Shown here: positions 49,047 to 58,528 of the stretch, piece by piece
Numbering within the stretch: position 1 is the stretch's first letter
Layout: each line of letters opens with the position of its first letter
Origin: an uncultured virus (IMG/VR IMGVR_UViG_3300010345_000156)
Lineage: Duplodnaviria > Heunggongvirae > Uroviricota > Caudoviricetes
DNA: 64,000 bases
Direction: 5' to 3' (one strand)
Virus record (IMG/VR): IMGVR_UViG_3300010345_000156
The notes under the pieces: model-generated
Databases searched by the model: none
The model's input: only the letters and a program-made list of their open reading frames with translations
What the model was told of the DNA's origin: nothing
Made by a program: the position numbers and the translations under genes

Positions 49047-49405
49047 TGAGAAATTATTTAAGATCAAACTTTATAAAAACTGTAAATGGTGAAAAGGATT
49101 TCTTATTGAATACTTTTCAGTTTTATAAATTTAAAAGACCATTTACACAGTATAGATTACAATATGAAGATTATATGCGTCCAGATTTAGTTTCTAGAAA
49201 AGTTTTTGGTACGGATGAATATTGGTGGATCATATTAAAAATTAATCCAGAGTTTGAAGATGTTTGGAATGATTTTGCTATTTCATATGAACAAGAATTA
49301 GAATTTCCAAATGCGTACAAAGTTGGTATGTTAATAAATATTCCAAACATTTTAGATATACAAGAGTTTTATTCATTTAACAAAACACAACTTGAGAAAC
49401 TATGA
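49046..49405 (+). CDS. gp53: baseplate wedge gp53-like
   Basis: RPDLVS..VFG..EYWWIIL..N. Confidence 0.8.
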   Translation: MRNYLRSNFIKTVNGEKDFLLNTFQFYKFKRPFTQYRLQYEDYMRPDLVSRKVFGTDEYWWIILKINPEFEDVWNDFAISYEQELEFPNAYKVGMLINIPNILDIQEFYSFNKTQLEKL

Positions 49406-50667
49406 ATCAAGAATTTAATCAAGAAAATTTAGGTCTGCAATATGATTTAAAGATGACCATAAATGGAATACAAATACAAACAACAAATATCATAAGTTCA
49501 GTTTTAAGAGAATGGATTTTTGATAGAATTGTTACTTTAGAATGTGTACTAACTGATATAGGAACTCTTGTAGAAATATCTCCTTTGTATGATGAATCTC
49601 CAGTTACTATAGAATTTTCTAAGAATAATGATTTAGAAAAAGTTAAAATGGAATTCTCAATCAACGTATTTGAAATTGAAAGATCTATGGCAGATGATGG
49701 AATGTTATATGCTATTAGATTTATTGCATTACAAAAAACTAATGATTATTTTTATCCAATTAGATCTAGATCTTTTAGGAATCAGACTGTATCCGAAATT
49801 TTAAAACAGATTTCTAATAATGCTGGTGTGAAATATATTCAAGAAATAGAATCTAAAGATAATCAAATTTGGATTCAGAGTAATATTTGTGACTATTCTT
49901 TTGGAAATCATTTATTAAAAAGATCTTTTGTAAACATAGAAGATAGACCTTTATTCTATTTTAATCGTAATAATGAAGCAATATTTTCATCTATTAAAAC
50001 AAAGACTTCTAAAAAATCTAAATTCTTAGCAATTAATAATGATTATGCATTTTTAGATAATGGTTATGATAACGTATTGAAACAATTTAAAGAAAGTTTA
50101 GGAAAAGATACAGAAACATTATTTTATAAAACAGATATAAGAACAAAAAATATTGCAAGTGTTTTGAACAAGAAAAATGGTTATGGTATAGATTTTACAT
50201 ATTTTGATTTTAGAAACTTTTTTGATTATCAACTTTCATTTAATTTTGGACCGTTATCTAAATTATCTTTTCAAAATAAATCTAATGTTAAGAAATTTGT
50301 AAATGGAATAACTTATAATACATTGTCTAAAAATTGTCATGAAAATTATCTGTTAGCGAAAACTCAAAATATATTGATAGATAATTTATTTTTTAATAGC
50401 TATATGCAAATTTCAGTTAATCCAAATCTTAAATTAAATCTTGGTGATAAAATTATTATGTTAATTTATGATAATCTTTCTAGAATGAAAACAGGAATTC
50501 CAAATATAGATAAAGTAAATTCTGGAGAATATATCGTTGGTGGTATTTCTCATGATATTAAAAAAGATGGATTATACTCTATGAATTTGACTTTGTTTAG
50601 AGGAGGAATAAATACATCAGATATACAGGGAATTGATTTAAATCTTATTGAGGCAAATTCAAAGTGA
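49402..50667 (+). CDS. baseplate hub gp27-like
   Basis: Between gp53 and gp5; SGEYIVGGISH motif. Confidence 0.65.
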   Translation: MNQEFNQENLGLQYDLKMTINGIQIQTTNIISSVLREWIFDRIVTLECVLTDIGTLVEISPLYDESPVTIEFSKNNDLEKVKMEFSINVFEIERSMADDGMLYAIRFIALQKTNDYFYPIRSRSFRNQTVSEILKQISNNAGVKYIQEIESKDNQIWIQSNICDYSFGNHLLKRSFVNIEDRPLFYFNRNNEAIFSSIKTKTSKKSKFLAINNDYAFLDNGYDNVLKQFKESLGKDTETLFYKTDIRTKNIASVLNKKNGYGIDFTYFDFRNFFDYQLSFNFGPLSKLSFQNKSNVKKFVNGITYNTLSKNCHENYLLAKTQNILIDNLFFNSYMQISVNPNLKLNLGDKIIMLIYDNLSRMKTGIPNIDKVNSGEYIVGGISHDIKKDGLYSMNLTLFRGGINTSDIQGIDLNLIEANSK

Positions 50668-52118
50668 AACAAGAATTAAAAAAAGATATTTCAGAAGTAT
50701 TAAATTCCTATCTTTATGATCTGCCTGAAAAAGATGATATATATGAAAAACAATATATTGGTCAGGTTTTAGATAATAAAGATCCAGAAAGACTCGGAAG
50801 ATGCAAAATAAGAATTCACGGACTACACGATGAATTATTACCAGAAGAATTACCTTGGTCTATTCCAGAATTTTCTTTAAACTTTTCTGAGAAGGGATCT
50901 TTTATGGTTCCTGAAATTGGTACTATAGTTTATGTTAAATTTGATGATGGTGATATATATGAACCGATTTATTCCGGAAAAGTTTTAGATAGACAACATT
51001 TAGATTTTGAAGCAGATTATCAAGAAGATTATCCAGATTCGGTAATTCTTTATGAAACTAAAAATGGAGATTATTTAAAGGTTAATAGATTTAAAGGAGA
51101 ATTTTCATTACAAACTGCTGCCGGAGTTTTGATGAAGTTTTCTGAAAATGGTGATATAGAATTAACAAATGAGTCTTCTGAAAACGGTGATGCTAAAATC
51201 AATATCAAAGGAAATTTTTCTATAGATGATAAACTTGGAAATTTTTCTTTAGCAACTCAACAACATACAACTTCTGCATTTTCTGATGTAACATTAATTT
51301 CAAATGGATCGGTTACTACAAAATCTTTAGATGATATTTCTTTTGAAACTAATAGAGAATTTAATATTATAACTGGTGATAGAACCGTAATAAAATCACG
51401 AACAGAAAATCGCCAAGAATCTATAGAAAATAATATCATAGCAAATACTATAAATTTAATTCCAGCAACAATAGCAACAGAGACGATTGATGTAGAAGAT
51501 AATAAAACAGATATACCAAAAACATTTTCAGTATCTATAGGAAATGATCCAAACAAAGTTATTTTCATGAGTGTTGTTCCAGATCCTAATGGTGGTCCTT
51601 TTAATTGTCTTCCATTTGATCCATTATTAGGAATTCCACATCAAGGAAGATTAGTAACAGGAATTTTGAATCCAATTGGTTTTGCTAAAGATTCTGTTGA
51701 AAATGAAATTCAAATTAATAAAATGAAAGCACAAGTTGAAGCAAAGTATATTAGAACATCAGCATCTTATGTTGAAATGATTGCTAAAAAATATTCTTCT
51801 ATAGATTCTCAAGCCCAAATTTTAGCAGCAACTTTAACAAATAATTCTATCATACTTGAACAAAAAGCTAAAGATTTAGAATTAGGTTTAGCAAAAATTC
51901 AAGAACAAAAGAATAAAGAATTAGAAAATATAGAATTAAAGTTTGGAAATTTTATGAAAGAACCAATATTTGGAACAATATCTTCGGGTTACGAAAAGAA
52001 TAGAATAGATTATGAAAAAAAATTAATTGAAGCTGATATTAAAGCTAATGAAGATATGACTGGAAAAACCAGAGGAAAAGAAACGGCTGGTCCTGGAAAT
52101 GGATTGATAGGAGTTTAA
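50664..52118 (+). CDS. gp5: baseplate central spike gp5-like (OB fold, no lysozyme domain evident)
   Basis: GQVLDNKDPERLGRCKIRIHG, LPW, VPEIG.IV.V.F. Confidence 0.85.
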   Translation: MKQELKKDISEVLNSYLYDLPEKDDIYEKQYIGQVLDNKDPERLGRCKIRIHGLHDELLPEELPWSIPEFSLNFSEKGSFMVPEIGTIVYVKFDDGDIYEPIYSGKVLDRQHLDFEADYQEDYPDSVILYETKNGDYLKVNRFKGEFSLQTAAGVLMKFSENGDIELTNESSENGDAKINIKGNFSIDDKLGNFSLATQQHTTSAFSDVTLISNGSVTTKSLDDISFETNREFNIITGDRTVIKSRTENRQESIENNIIANTINLIPATIATETIDVEDNKTDIPKTFSVSIGNDPNKVIFMSVVPDPNGGPFNCLPFDPLLGIPHQGRLVTGILNPIGFAKDSVENEIQINKMKAQVEAKYIRTSASYVEMIAKKYSSIDSQAQILAATLTNNSIILEQKAKDLELGLAKIQEQKNKELENIELKFGNFMKEPIFGTISSGYEKNRIDYEKKLIEADIKANEDMTGKTRGKETAGPGNGLIGV

Positions 52119-52119
52119 A

Positions 52120-52608
52120 ATGTCAATAGCGGAAGATATTAATAATGAATATGGAAATATTTTAGATGCTTATAATCCAATTTTAAAAAATGCTTTAGAA
52201 TTGTTTGAAGAATCCGGATTGTTAGATTATCTTTCAGAAGCAAGAAAACATAGAGAACCAACTGATACTTCTATAAAAACTTTTAAAGATATTAATGGAA
52301 ATCCAAATGAAGCAGCACCTTTAGAAATTTTTGTAGATGTTTTAACAAGAACTATTTTAAAAAGTTATCAAGAAGGATTTACTCAACGCGATTTAAATTC
52401 TGATGGAGCTTCTAATATAGGATTTAAAACCCAAATTCCAGAAGATTTAGAATTATTAAAAGTTGATATGAAATTGACAACGAATGTCCACGAAGCTTTG
52501 ATTATACTTGCAAAAGAAATTAATCAAATAAAAGTTGGATTAGTTGGTTTAGGAGTTAATATTCCAAATTCTATTCCTACACCATCTTTACCAGCAAATG
52601 TTAAATAA
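52120..52608 (+). CDS. hypothetical protein
   Basis: ORF with AGGAG SD. Confidence 0.65.
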   Translation: MSIAEDINNEYGNILDAYNPILKNALELFEESGLLDYLSEARKHREPTDTSIKTFKDINGNPNEAAPLEIFVDVLTRTILKSYQEGFTQRDLNSDGASNIGFKTQIPEDLELLKVDMKLTTNVHEALIILAKEINQIKVGLVGLGVNIPNSIPTPSLPANVK

Positions 52609-52616
52609 ATAACTAC

Positions 52617-53699
52617 ATGTCTAGTAATGAAAAAAATGTTTGTAATGTATTAAGAGAGACTTGGAGATCTATTATAACTTTAGTAGATTATCTTTCTTCA
52701 TTTCTTAGGAAAATAATATCTAAGATACAAGCATTAATAAACAGAATTAAAAATACTATTATAAGAAGATTACTTTCTACTATTAGAGATGTTAGAGATA
52801 TTATTAGTAACTTTCTAGGATTACAAACTCTAGACAACAATTCCTTTCGTCAAGATTTCTGCCAGAATCTTTACAAATGCCTTCCCGCCGTGGAAGAGAT
52901 TTCTAAATTTATTTCTCCAGAATTATTTGATAAAATTTTCGGTAAAGAATCTATTAAAACTATTGACTTAAGTAAATATGGAATAGCTCCTTTACAATTT
53001 AATTCTAAGTTTGAGTTATTTGAATATGTTGCTTGTAGATTAAGTTTAAGAGGATTATTAGATTCTGTTGTAGAGTCTTTGATTTCTCAGTTATTAGATT
53101 TCACAAATAAGTTTGACCAATATTTGGATATAAATTGGTGGTTAGAAAATACAGTTTGGGGAAGAGTTTTATTATCTTTGATTAATGAATATGAAGATTT
53201 TTTCAATGATAGAGTTAAACCATTTTTAGATAAGTTAGTTCCGTATTTAGATTGTACATTTGCTTTATGTGATTTTAAAGTTTCTACTACAAACTATTTT
53301 GAAGACTTTTCGACTAAGTTTAAAACAGAAAGAAAACAAACCACAAATTTATCTTTTGAATGGGTAATTGCTAAAGAAGAATTATATTCAGATCTTTCGG
53401 AATCATTATCAGACGCTAGAAGTGAATTGAATACGTTTAAAACGACTTTAGAAGCTCCTGTTGTTGCGTCTAAACCATTATTCCATAACAGAAGAAATGG
53501 AGAACCTTTAGAATCAGAATCTAATAAAACCAGAACTCCAAATGATAATCAAACACTCCCATTCAATTCGGATGAGCTTTCTACAGTAAAGAATAATATG
53601 TATACAAGAAAATCTAGTTTAACACCAGGGCTAAGAGAAAATTCTTTAATAAATCTTAGGCCAGTTATTAGATTATCTTCACCAAATAGCGGAGAATAA
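52617..53699 (+). CDS. hypothetical helical protein
   Basis: ORF; TAAATA 5 nt upstream. Confidence 0.7.
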   Translation: MSSNEKNVCNVLRETWRSIITLVDYLSSFLRKIISKIQALINRIKNTIIRRLLSTIRDVRDIISNFLGLQTLDNNSFRQDFCQNLYKCLPAVEEISKFISPELFDKIFGKESIKTIDLSKYGIAPLQFNSKFELFEYVACRLSLRGLLDSVVESLISQLLDFTNKFDQYLDINWWLENTVWGRVLLSLINEYEDFFNDRVKPFLDKLVPYLDCTFALCDFKVSTTNYFEDFSTKFKTERKQTTNLSFEWVIAKEELYSDLSESLSDARSELNTFKTTLEAPVVASKPLFHNRRNGEPLESESNKTRTPNDNQTLPFNSDELSTVKNNMYTRKSSLTPGLRENSLINLRPVIRLSSPNSGE

Positions 53700-53701
53700 T
53701 A

Positions 53702-54079
53702 ATGAAATATTTTGATAAAAACTTTGCATTAGATATATCTAAAAATATTATTTCTGAAATTGATGTTGTGGATCAAGCAGCTATTAATCAATCTATAGAA
53801 TGCATTTTAATGACTGATCAAAATGAAAGAGTTTTTGAACCTAACTTTGGTTCATTTTTATCTGGAATTGTTTTTGAAAGTCTTGATGAACAAAGTGCTG
53901 AAAAATTATTGGATAAACTTATTACTTTAATATTAAAATTTGAAAAAAGGATTTCTATATTATCTGAATTATGTTCTATGAATATTTCTAGATCTTCTAA
54001 TTCATTAAGTTTGAAAATTGTGTATCAAATAAATTCAGATCAAACTCCTGGTGTATTTAACAAAAAAATAGTTTTCTAA
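53702..54079 (+). CDS. gp25: baseplate wedge gp25-like
   Basis: AINQSIECILMT...ERVFEPNFGS, FEKRI. Confidence 0.88.
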   Translation: MKYFDKNFALDISKNIISEIDVVDQAAINQSIECILMTDQNERVFEPNFGSFLSGIVFESLDEQSAEKLLDKLITLILKFEKRISILSELCSMNISRSSNSLSLKIVYQINSDQTPGVFNKKIVF

Positions 54080-54088
54080 ATATGATTA

Positions 54089-55267
54089 ATGAACATTGTA
54101 ATCATTCCTTCTCATAATCAAGGAAAACATATACCACAAATTTTACAAGCTTACGAAAATCAATCTATTAAACCAGATTTGATTTTATTTGTTTTGGATA
54201 GATGCGCTGATAATTCTTTAGAAAATTTGCAAAACACAAATTGTAAACTGAAAATTGAATGGATTGTAAAAGATTTTGGTGAAAATTTTTCTGCTGGAAT
54301 GACAAGAGATTTCGGAATAGAATATATACAAAAAGTTTATAAAGATTATAGAATGATAATTTTTACAGATGGTGATTGTATACCTTCTGAAAGATTAGTC
54401 GAATTACATTTAAAAAATATTAATCAATCTAAAAAATGTATAGTATCTTGTGGAGCTAGAAATAAACAAAAAGAAAGTGGAGAATGGGAAGAAGATGAAA
54501 GATTAGATAAAAGATGGATTAATGAATTTTCTTTTACTGATAAAAATTCTAGACTTATTGTTTCAAACTTTTTAACATTAGATAATATCTTTACATATTC
54601 TTGTAATTTTGCGTTCAATAAAAATGCTATAGAACTTTGTCAAGAAATTAATTTAAAACTTTCAAATTCCAAAAGAGTATTCAATCCAGAATTTGATGGT
54701 TCTTGGGGAGGTGAAGATTCGTTTATTTCTCATTGTTTATATAGAACCGGAAATTATATTTTGATGACTAATAAAGAATGTTTTGTAAATCATTTTTATC
54801 ATATAGAATCTCCAAAACAAAAAGGAAAGAAATTACTTCAAGATAAGTTGTCTAGAAGATTAGAAAAATTAATTTTAAATGGAGAATTGACAGGACCAAT
54901 ACAAATATTAAATAAATTTCATTATATTTCTTATGGATACTTTGATTATAAAAATGAAATAAAAAATATAGTAAATGTTTCTGGAATTAATTTAGTATTA
55001 TCTCATTATATAGAAACTATTTGTGAAAAATATAAACTAGAAAAATATAAAAAAATTTTTGAATACTTTCTTACAAATAATAGAGTTTCGAACATTTCTG
55101 GAATTAGATCTGATAAACTTTCTGATTTGGATATATCTTATTATAAGCAGATGTTAGGATATATGAAGTTTTATTTAAAAAATGATAAAATAATTTTTGA
55201 AGATGATTTGTTTAATTTCAAAAAGATTTCTACAGATACTTGTTTCTTAGATTATGTTAATAACTAA
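54089..55267 (+). CDS. GT2-family glycosyltransferase
   Basis: IVIIPSHN, DRC.DNS, RDFG, IFTDGDC (DxD), SCNFA, FDGSWGGED. Confidence 0.88.
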   Translation: MNIVIIPSHNQGKHIPQILQAYENQSIKPDLILFVLDRCADNSLENLQNTNCKLKIEWIVKDFGENFSAGMTRDFGIEYIQKVYKDYRMIIFTDGDCIPSERLVELHLKNINQSKKCIVSCGARNKQKESGEWEEDERLDKRWINEFSFTDKNSRLIVSNFLTLDNIFTYSCNFAFNKNAIELCQEINLKLSNSKRVFNPEFDGSWGGEDSFISHCLYRTGNYILMTNKECFVNHFYHIESPKQKGKKLLQDKLSRRLEKLILNGELTGPIQILNKFHYISYGYFDYKNEIKNIVNVSGINLVLSHYIETICEKYKLEKYKKIFEYFLTNNRVSNISGIRSDKLSDLDISYYKQMLGYMKFYLKNDKIIFEDDLFNFKKISTDTCFLDYVNN

Positions 55268-55300
55268 ATATTAATAAATTGAACAAATAGGATTTTAAGA

Positions 55301-57904
55301 ATGTCTACAAATTTTTTAAACTATACAGAGTTAACTTATGATGAGATAAAGGAAAGAATTAAATCTAGACTTTCAGAAGATTCTAGGTTTTCTAATTTCT
55401 CTGAAAGTCAAATGTATAGTATGATTCTTGAAGCGTTTACTGCATTGACAGATTTTTCTAATTATTATATAGAAAGACGAGCACAAGAATCTTTTCCAGG
55501 AACTGCTCAATTAAGATCATCTATTATAGAAATTTCTAAAATGCTTGGTTATGTTATTAGAAGACCTATTCCAGCAACAACATCTATAACAATGACATTA
55601 ACGTCTTTACCTAATGGAGCATCTGCTGGACAAATAATTTCATTAGATAAGTTTTCAAATTTTTCTTTTAATGGTTTAAACTTTCTTTTAAAAACTCCTA
55701 TTCAATATACTTTAACTCAACTTGATATAAACAATTTTGCTAATCCAAATTATTTTAAAGTTTTTGAATTTTACTCTACAGAACCTGGAAAAGAATATCA
55801 GCTTTTTGATACCGAATTAATTCCAGAACAATATAGATCTCCTATAGAATTAATTCAAGCAGATAGGAAATCAATTCAGATAGATAGTAATAATACTCAA
55901 TCCGACCAAAGATATCAAACTTACAAAATTGATGATAAAGAATTTTCAGATTACTTTGGTGAAAATGATTTTGGATTTGATGTAAGTGATGGTTCTGTAG
56001 ATTTGACTTTGAATGCTACTAGAATTGCTATAGGATTAGATGAAACTTCTTTTGTATCTAATATGACAGATTTTGATTCTAAAAAAGAATTTATTATAGA
56101 TAGAAGATCGTTTTTAAATAACTATACTATACCTTTATTAACTGCGACTGATTCTGGAAAAAATGTAAAGTATTGTATATTAAAAACAAATATGGACGAT
56201 ACTGTAGAATTAAAATTTGCAGATGATATTATTTCTTCAATTGGTGCTACTGGTTCTAATAGTATTTTTATCAGATACCTTGCAACAAAAGGATCTGCTG
56301 GAAATTTTGTGGGTGTTATTGGAAGAAAGGTAGAAAGTCAGCAAAACACATTTGGGAATAATTTTACAAACTCGCATATTAAATTTGCTTTAAGAAGAAA
56401 TATTGTTGGTGGTTCAGATATAGAAGATGTAGAATCAATTAAGATTAATACTCCAGAAATATTTTATTCTTTAGACCGCTGTGTTACTTCTAGAGATTAT
56501 GTAAACTTTCTTAAAACATTAGCTGTAAAAGGTAAACAGATTAAAAATGCTAAAGTTTGGGGAGAACAAGAAGAGACTAGAGATAATGTTTATAAGATAC
56601 CAAATATAAAATTATTCAATGTAGTTTTGTTTTCAATTTTAGCAGATATGTATTCTAAAGGATCTGATGGAAAATATAATGGAATAGAACCTTTAGATAA
56701 TATTCTTTTAGATTATAATAATTCGAATGATTGGTTTAATTTAATGGTTATGTCCGATTCTACAACTCCATTGAATGATAATACTTTAAATGAAAATCCA
56801 GATTTAAAAATTCTTTATGATAAACTTTATTCTAGATCTGAAATAACAGTTAAAAACATTTATGTCACTCCAGTTATTAGAGATTTTAAAATTGGTGGAT
56901 ATGTTTATTTAAACCCATTGACTGATAAGAATAATGTGGAGAAAAAGATTTCTGATGCTTTATATTCATTTCTTTCAAAAAATGCTGATTTCAATACACC
57001 AATTTATCTTTCGAAAATTATAGAGATTATAGAAAGTTTTTCGGAAGTAAATCATGCTGATGTTTATTTTATACCTAATGAAGATCCAAATAAAGATTAT
57101 CTATTCCAAAGTGATTTTGCATCTGAATTATCTGCCATATCTGCTAACTTTAATTCCTTACCAATTGGTTTTGTATTTAATAGTTCAGTTTCTGCAAAAG
57201 ATAAATGTAACGTAAGAGAATATTCGATATCGGGTGTAGATGATTCTTTTACATTTTATCAGAAAAGATTAAGTCCAATTTTAACATCTGCTGGTTATTC
57301 TCAGAATACTATTAATACGATTGCCTGTTTAATGCCAAGATTAGAAATGAAAATGTATAAGTATGATGATGTCACTGTTAGAACAGAACCAATATGGCCG
57401 AGTAATAATTCTGTAGATAATTTAACATGCGGATTACCAGTTTCTACTTCAGGAGATATTAATTGGGATTTTGTACCATCTGAAAGAAATATGTATCTAG
57501 GAATGATGAAATGTTTCTATGATAATTTAATGAAAATTGTTTCTAGAAATCCTACATTATCAAAATCTTCAGATGATTATATTGCAGGAATTAATAAAGT
57601 TTTTGATGAATTTTTAGCAGGAAGAGATAATTGTTTTTGTTCTTTAAGACAAATTGGACAATATAATCAAGAACTTGCAACAATTGAAGCATGTAAAGAT
57701 TATATTAAAAATGCTGACCCAAATGAAATTAATAAATTTATCAATAATGATTTATTAGGAGTTCTTCAATTATTCAGAAACACTCTTGCAACAACTATTA
57801 CAAATGGTTTACTAGATTCTTATGGGAATATTGTAAACTATTCTTTAAGAAACGAAATTGCTAGAGTTCAGTCACCATCGATCAGTGCGTATTACTATAG
57901 ATAA
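55301..57904 (+). CDS. gp6: baseplate wedge gp6-like
   Basis: ELTYDEIK, ESF..TAQLRSSI..ISKMLGY, GGSDIE..ESIK, RCVT..DY, VWGE. Confidence 0.9.
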   Translation: MSTNFLNYTELTYDEIKERIKSRLSEDSRFSNFSESQMYSMILEAFTALTDFSNYYIERRAQESFPGTAQLRSSIIEISKMLGYVIRRPIPATTSITMTLTSLPNGASAGQIISLDKFSNFSFNGLNFLLKTPIQYTLTQLDINNFANPNYFKVFEFYSTEPGKEYQLFDTELIPEQYRSPIELIQADRKSIQIDSNNTQSDQRYQTYKIDDKEFSDYFGENDFGFDVSDGSVDLTLNATRIAIGLDETSFVSNMTDFDSKKEFIIDRRSFLNNYTIPLLTATDSGKNVKYCILKTNMDDTVELKFADDIISSIGATGSNSIFIRYLATKGSAGNFVGVIGRKVESQQNTFGNNFTNSHIKFALRRNIVGGSDIEDVESIKINTPEIFYSLDRCVTSRDYVNFLKTLAVKGKQIKNAKVWGEQEETRDNVYKIPNIKLFNVVLFSILADMYSKGSDGKYNGIEPLDNILLDYNNSNDWFNLMVMSDSTTPLNDNTLNENPDLKILYDKLYSRSEITVKNIYVTPVIRDFKIGGYVYLNPLTDKNNVEKKISDALYSFLSKNADFNTPIYLSKIIEIIESFSEVNHADVYFIPNEDPNKDYLFQSDFASELSAISANFNSLPIGFVFNSSVSAKDKCNVREYSISGVDDSFTFYQKRLSPILTSAGYSQNTINTIACLMPRLEMKMYKYDDVTVRTEPIWPSNNSVDNLTCGLPVSTSGDINWDFVPSERNMYLGMMKCFYDNLMKIVSRNPTLSKSSDDYIAGINKVFDEFLAGRDNCFCSLRQIGQYNQELATIEACKDYIKNADPNEINKFINNDLLGVLQLFRNTLATTITNGLLDSYGNIVNYSLRNEIARVQSPSISAYYYR

Positions 57905-57929
57905 TAAATAATAAAAAAGGATTTAAGAT

Positions 57930-58439
57930 ATGAAGAAAATGTCATTTAAAGAATTTATGTTGTTAGAGGAAAATAAATCTCTTCTTGAACCTATTGAGAA
58001 AAGATTAAAACTTAATGAAAATGATTCTGAAGAAAAGAAAGAAGAGGAAGATGAAAAACCAGAAACTGATGAAGACATTAAAAAGAAAGCAAAAGAAGCT
58101 AAAATTAAAGATGATGAAGATTTAGAAAAAGAAGTTGCAAAGGAAGCAGAAGAAGACGCAAAGAAAACAAAGAAAGTTCTTTTGGGAATAGTTGACGAAA
58201 GAGATCATGATGGAGAAGTTTCTAAAGGAATTATTTTAGATACAGAACTTCCAGAAAAGAAAATTGAAGATTTAGAAACTAGAGAAGATGTTGTTGCTTC
58301 AGGAATTAATGCAAAAAAATTAAAAACAATCGCAGAAATAGCAAAACATATTAAGAAATTAAATGGAACTATTGTTTATTGGTTTGATTTTGAATCAGAT
58401 CACGAAGGAGATGTTCCTTGGAAGAAAGTTAAAGTATAA
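57930..58439 (+). CDS. highly charged hypothetical protein, possible internal head protein
   Basis: MSFKEFMLLEE N-terminus; E/K/D rich. Confidence 0.65.
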   Translation: MKKMSFKEFMLLEENKSLLEPIEKRLKLNENDSEEKKEEEDEKPETDEDIKKKAKEAKIKDDEDLEKEVAKEAEEDAKKTKKVLLGIVDERDHDGEVSKGIILDTELPEKKIEDLETREDVVASGINAKKLKTIAEIAKHIKKLNGTIVYWFDFESDHEGDVPWKKVKV

Positions 58440-58457
58440 TATTTTCAGAGTCATTTT

Positions 58458-58489
58458 AAAAAGCCTATCCTAATAAGATGGGCTTTTTT
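58458..58489 (+). terminator. intrinsic terminator
   Basis: Same 30-mer as 20676-20705 plus longer T run. Confidence 0.78.
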
Positions 58490-58528
58490 GTTTCGATAAA
58501 TACTACAAAGAATTGATAGGATTAATAA

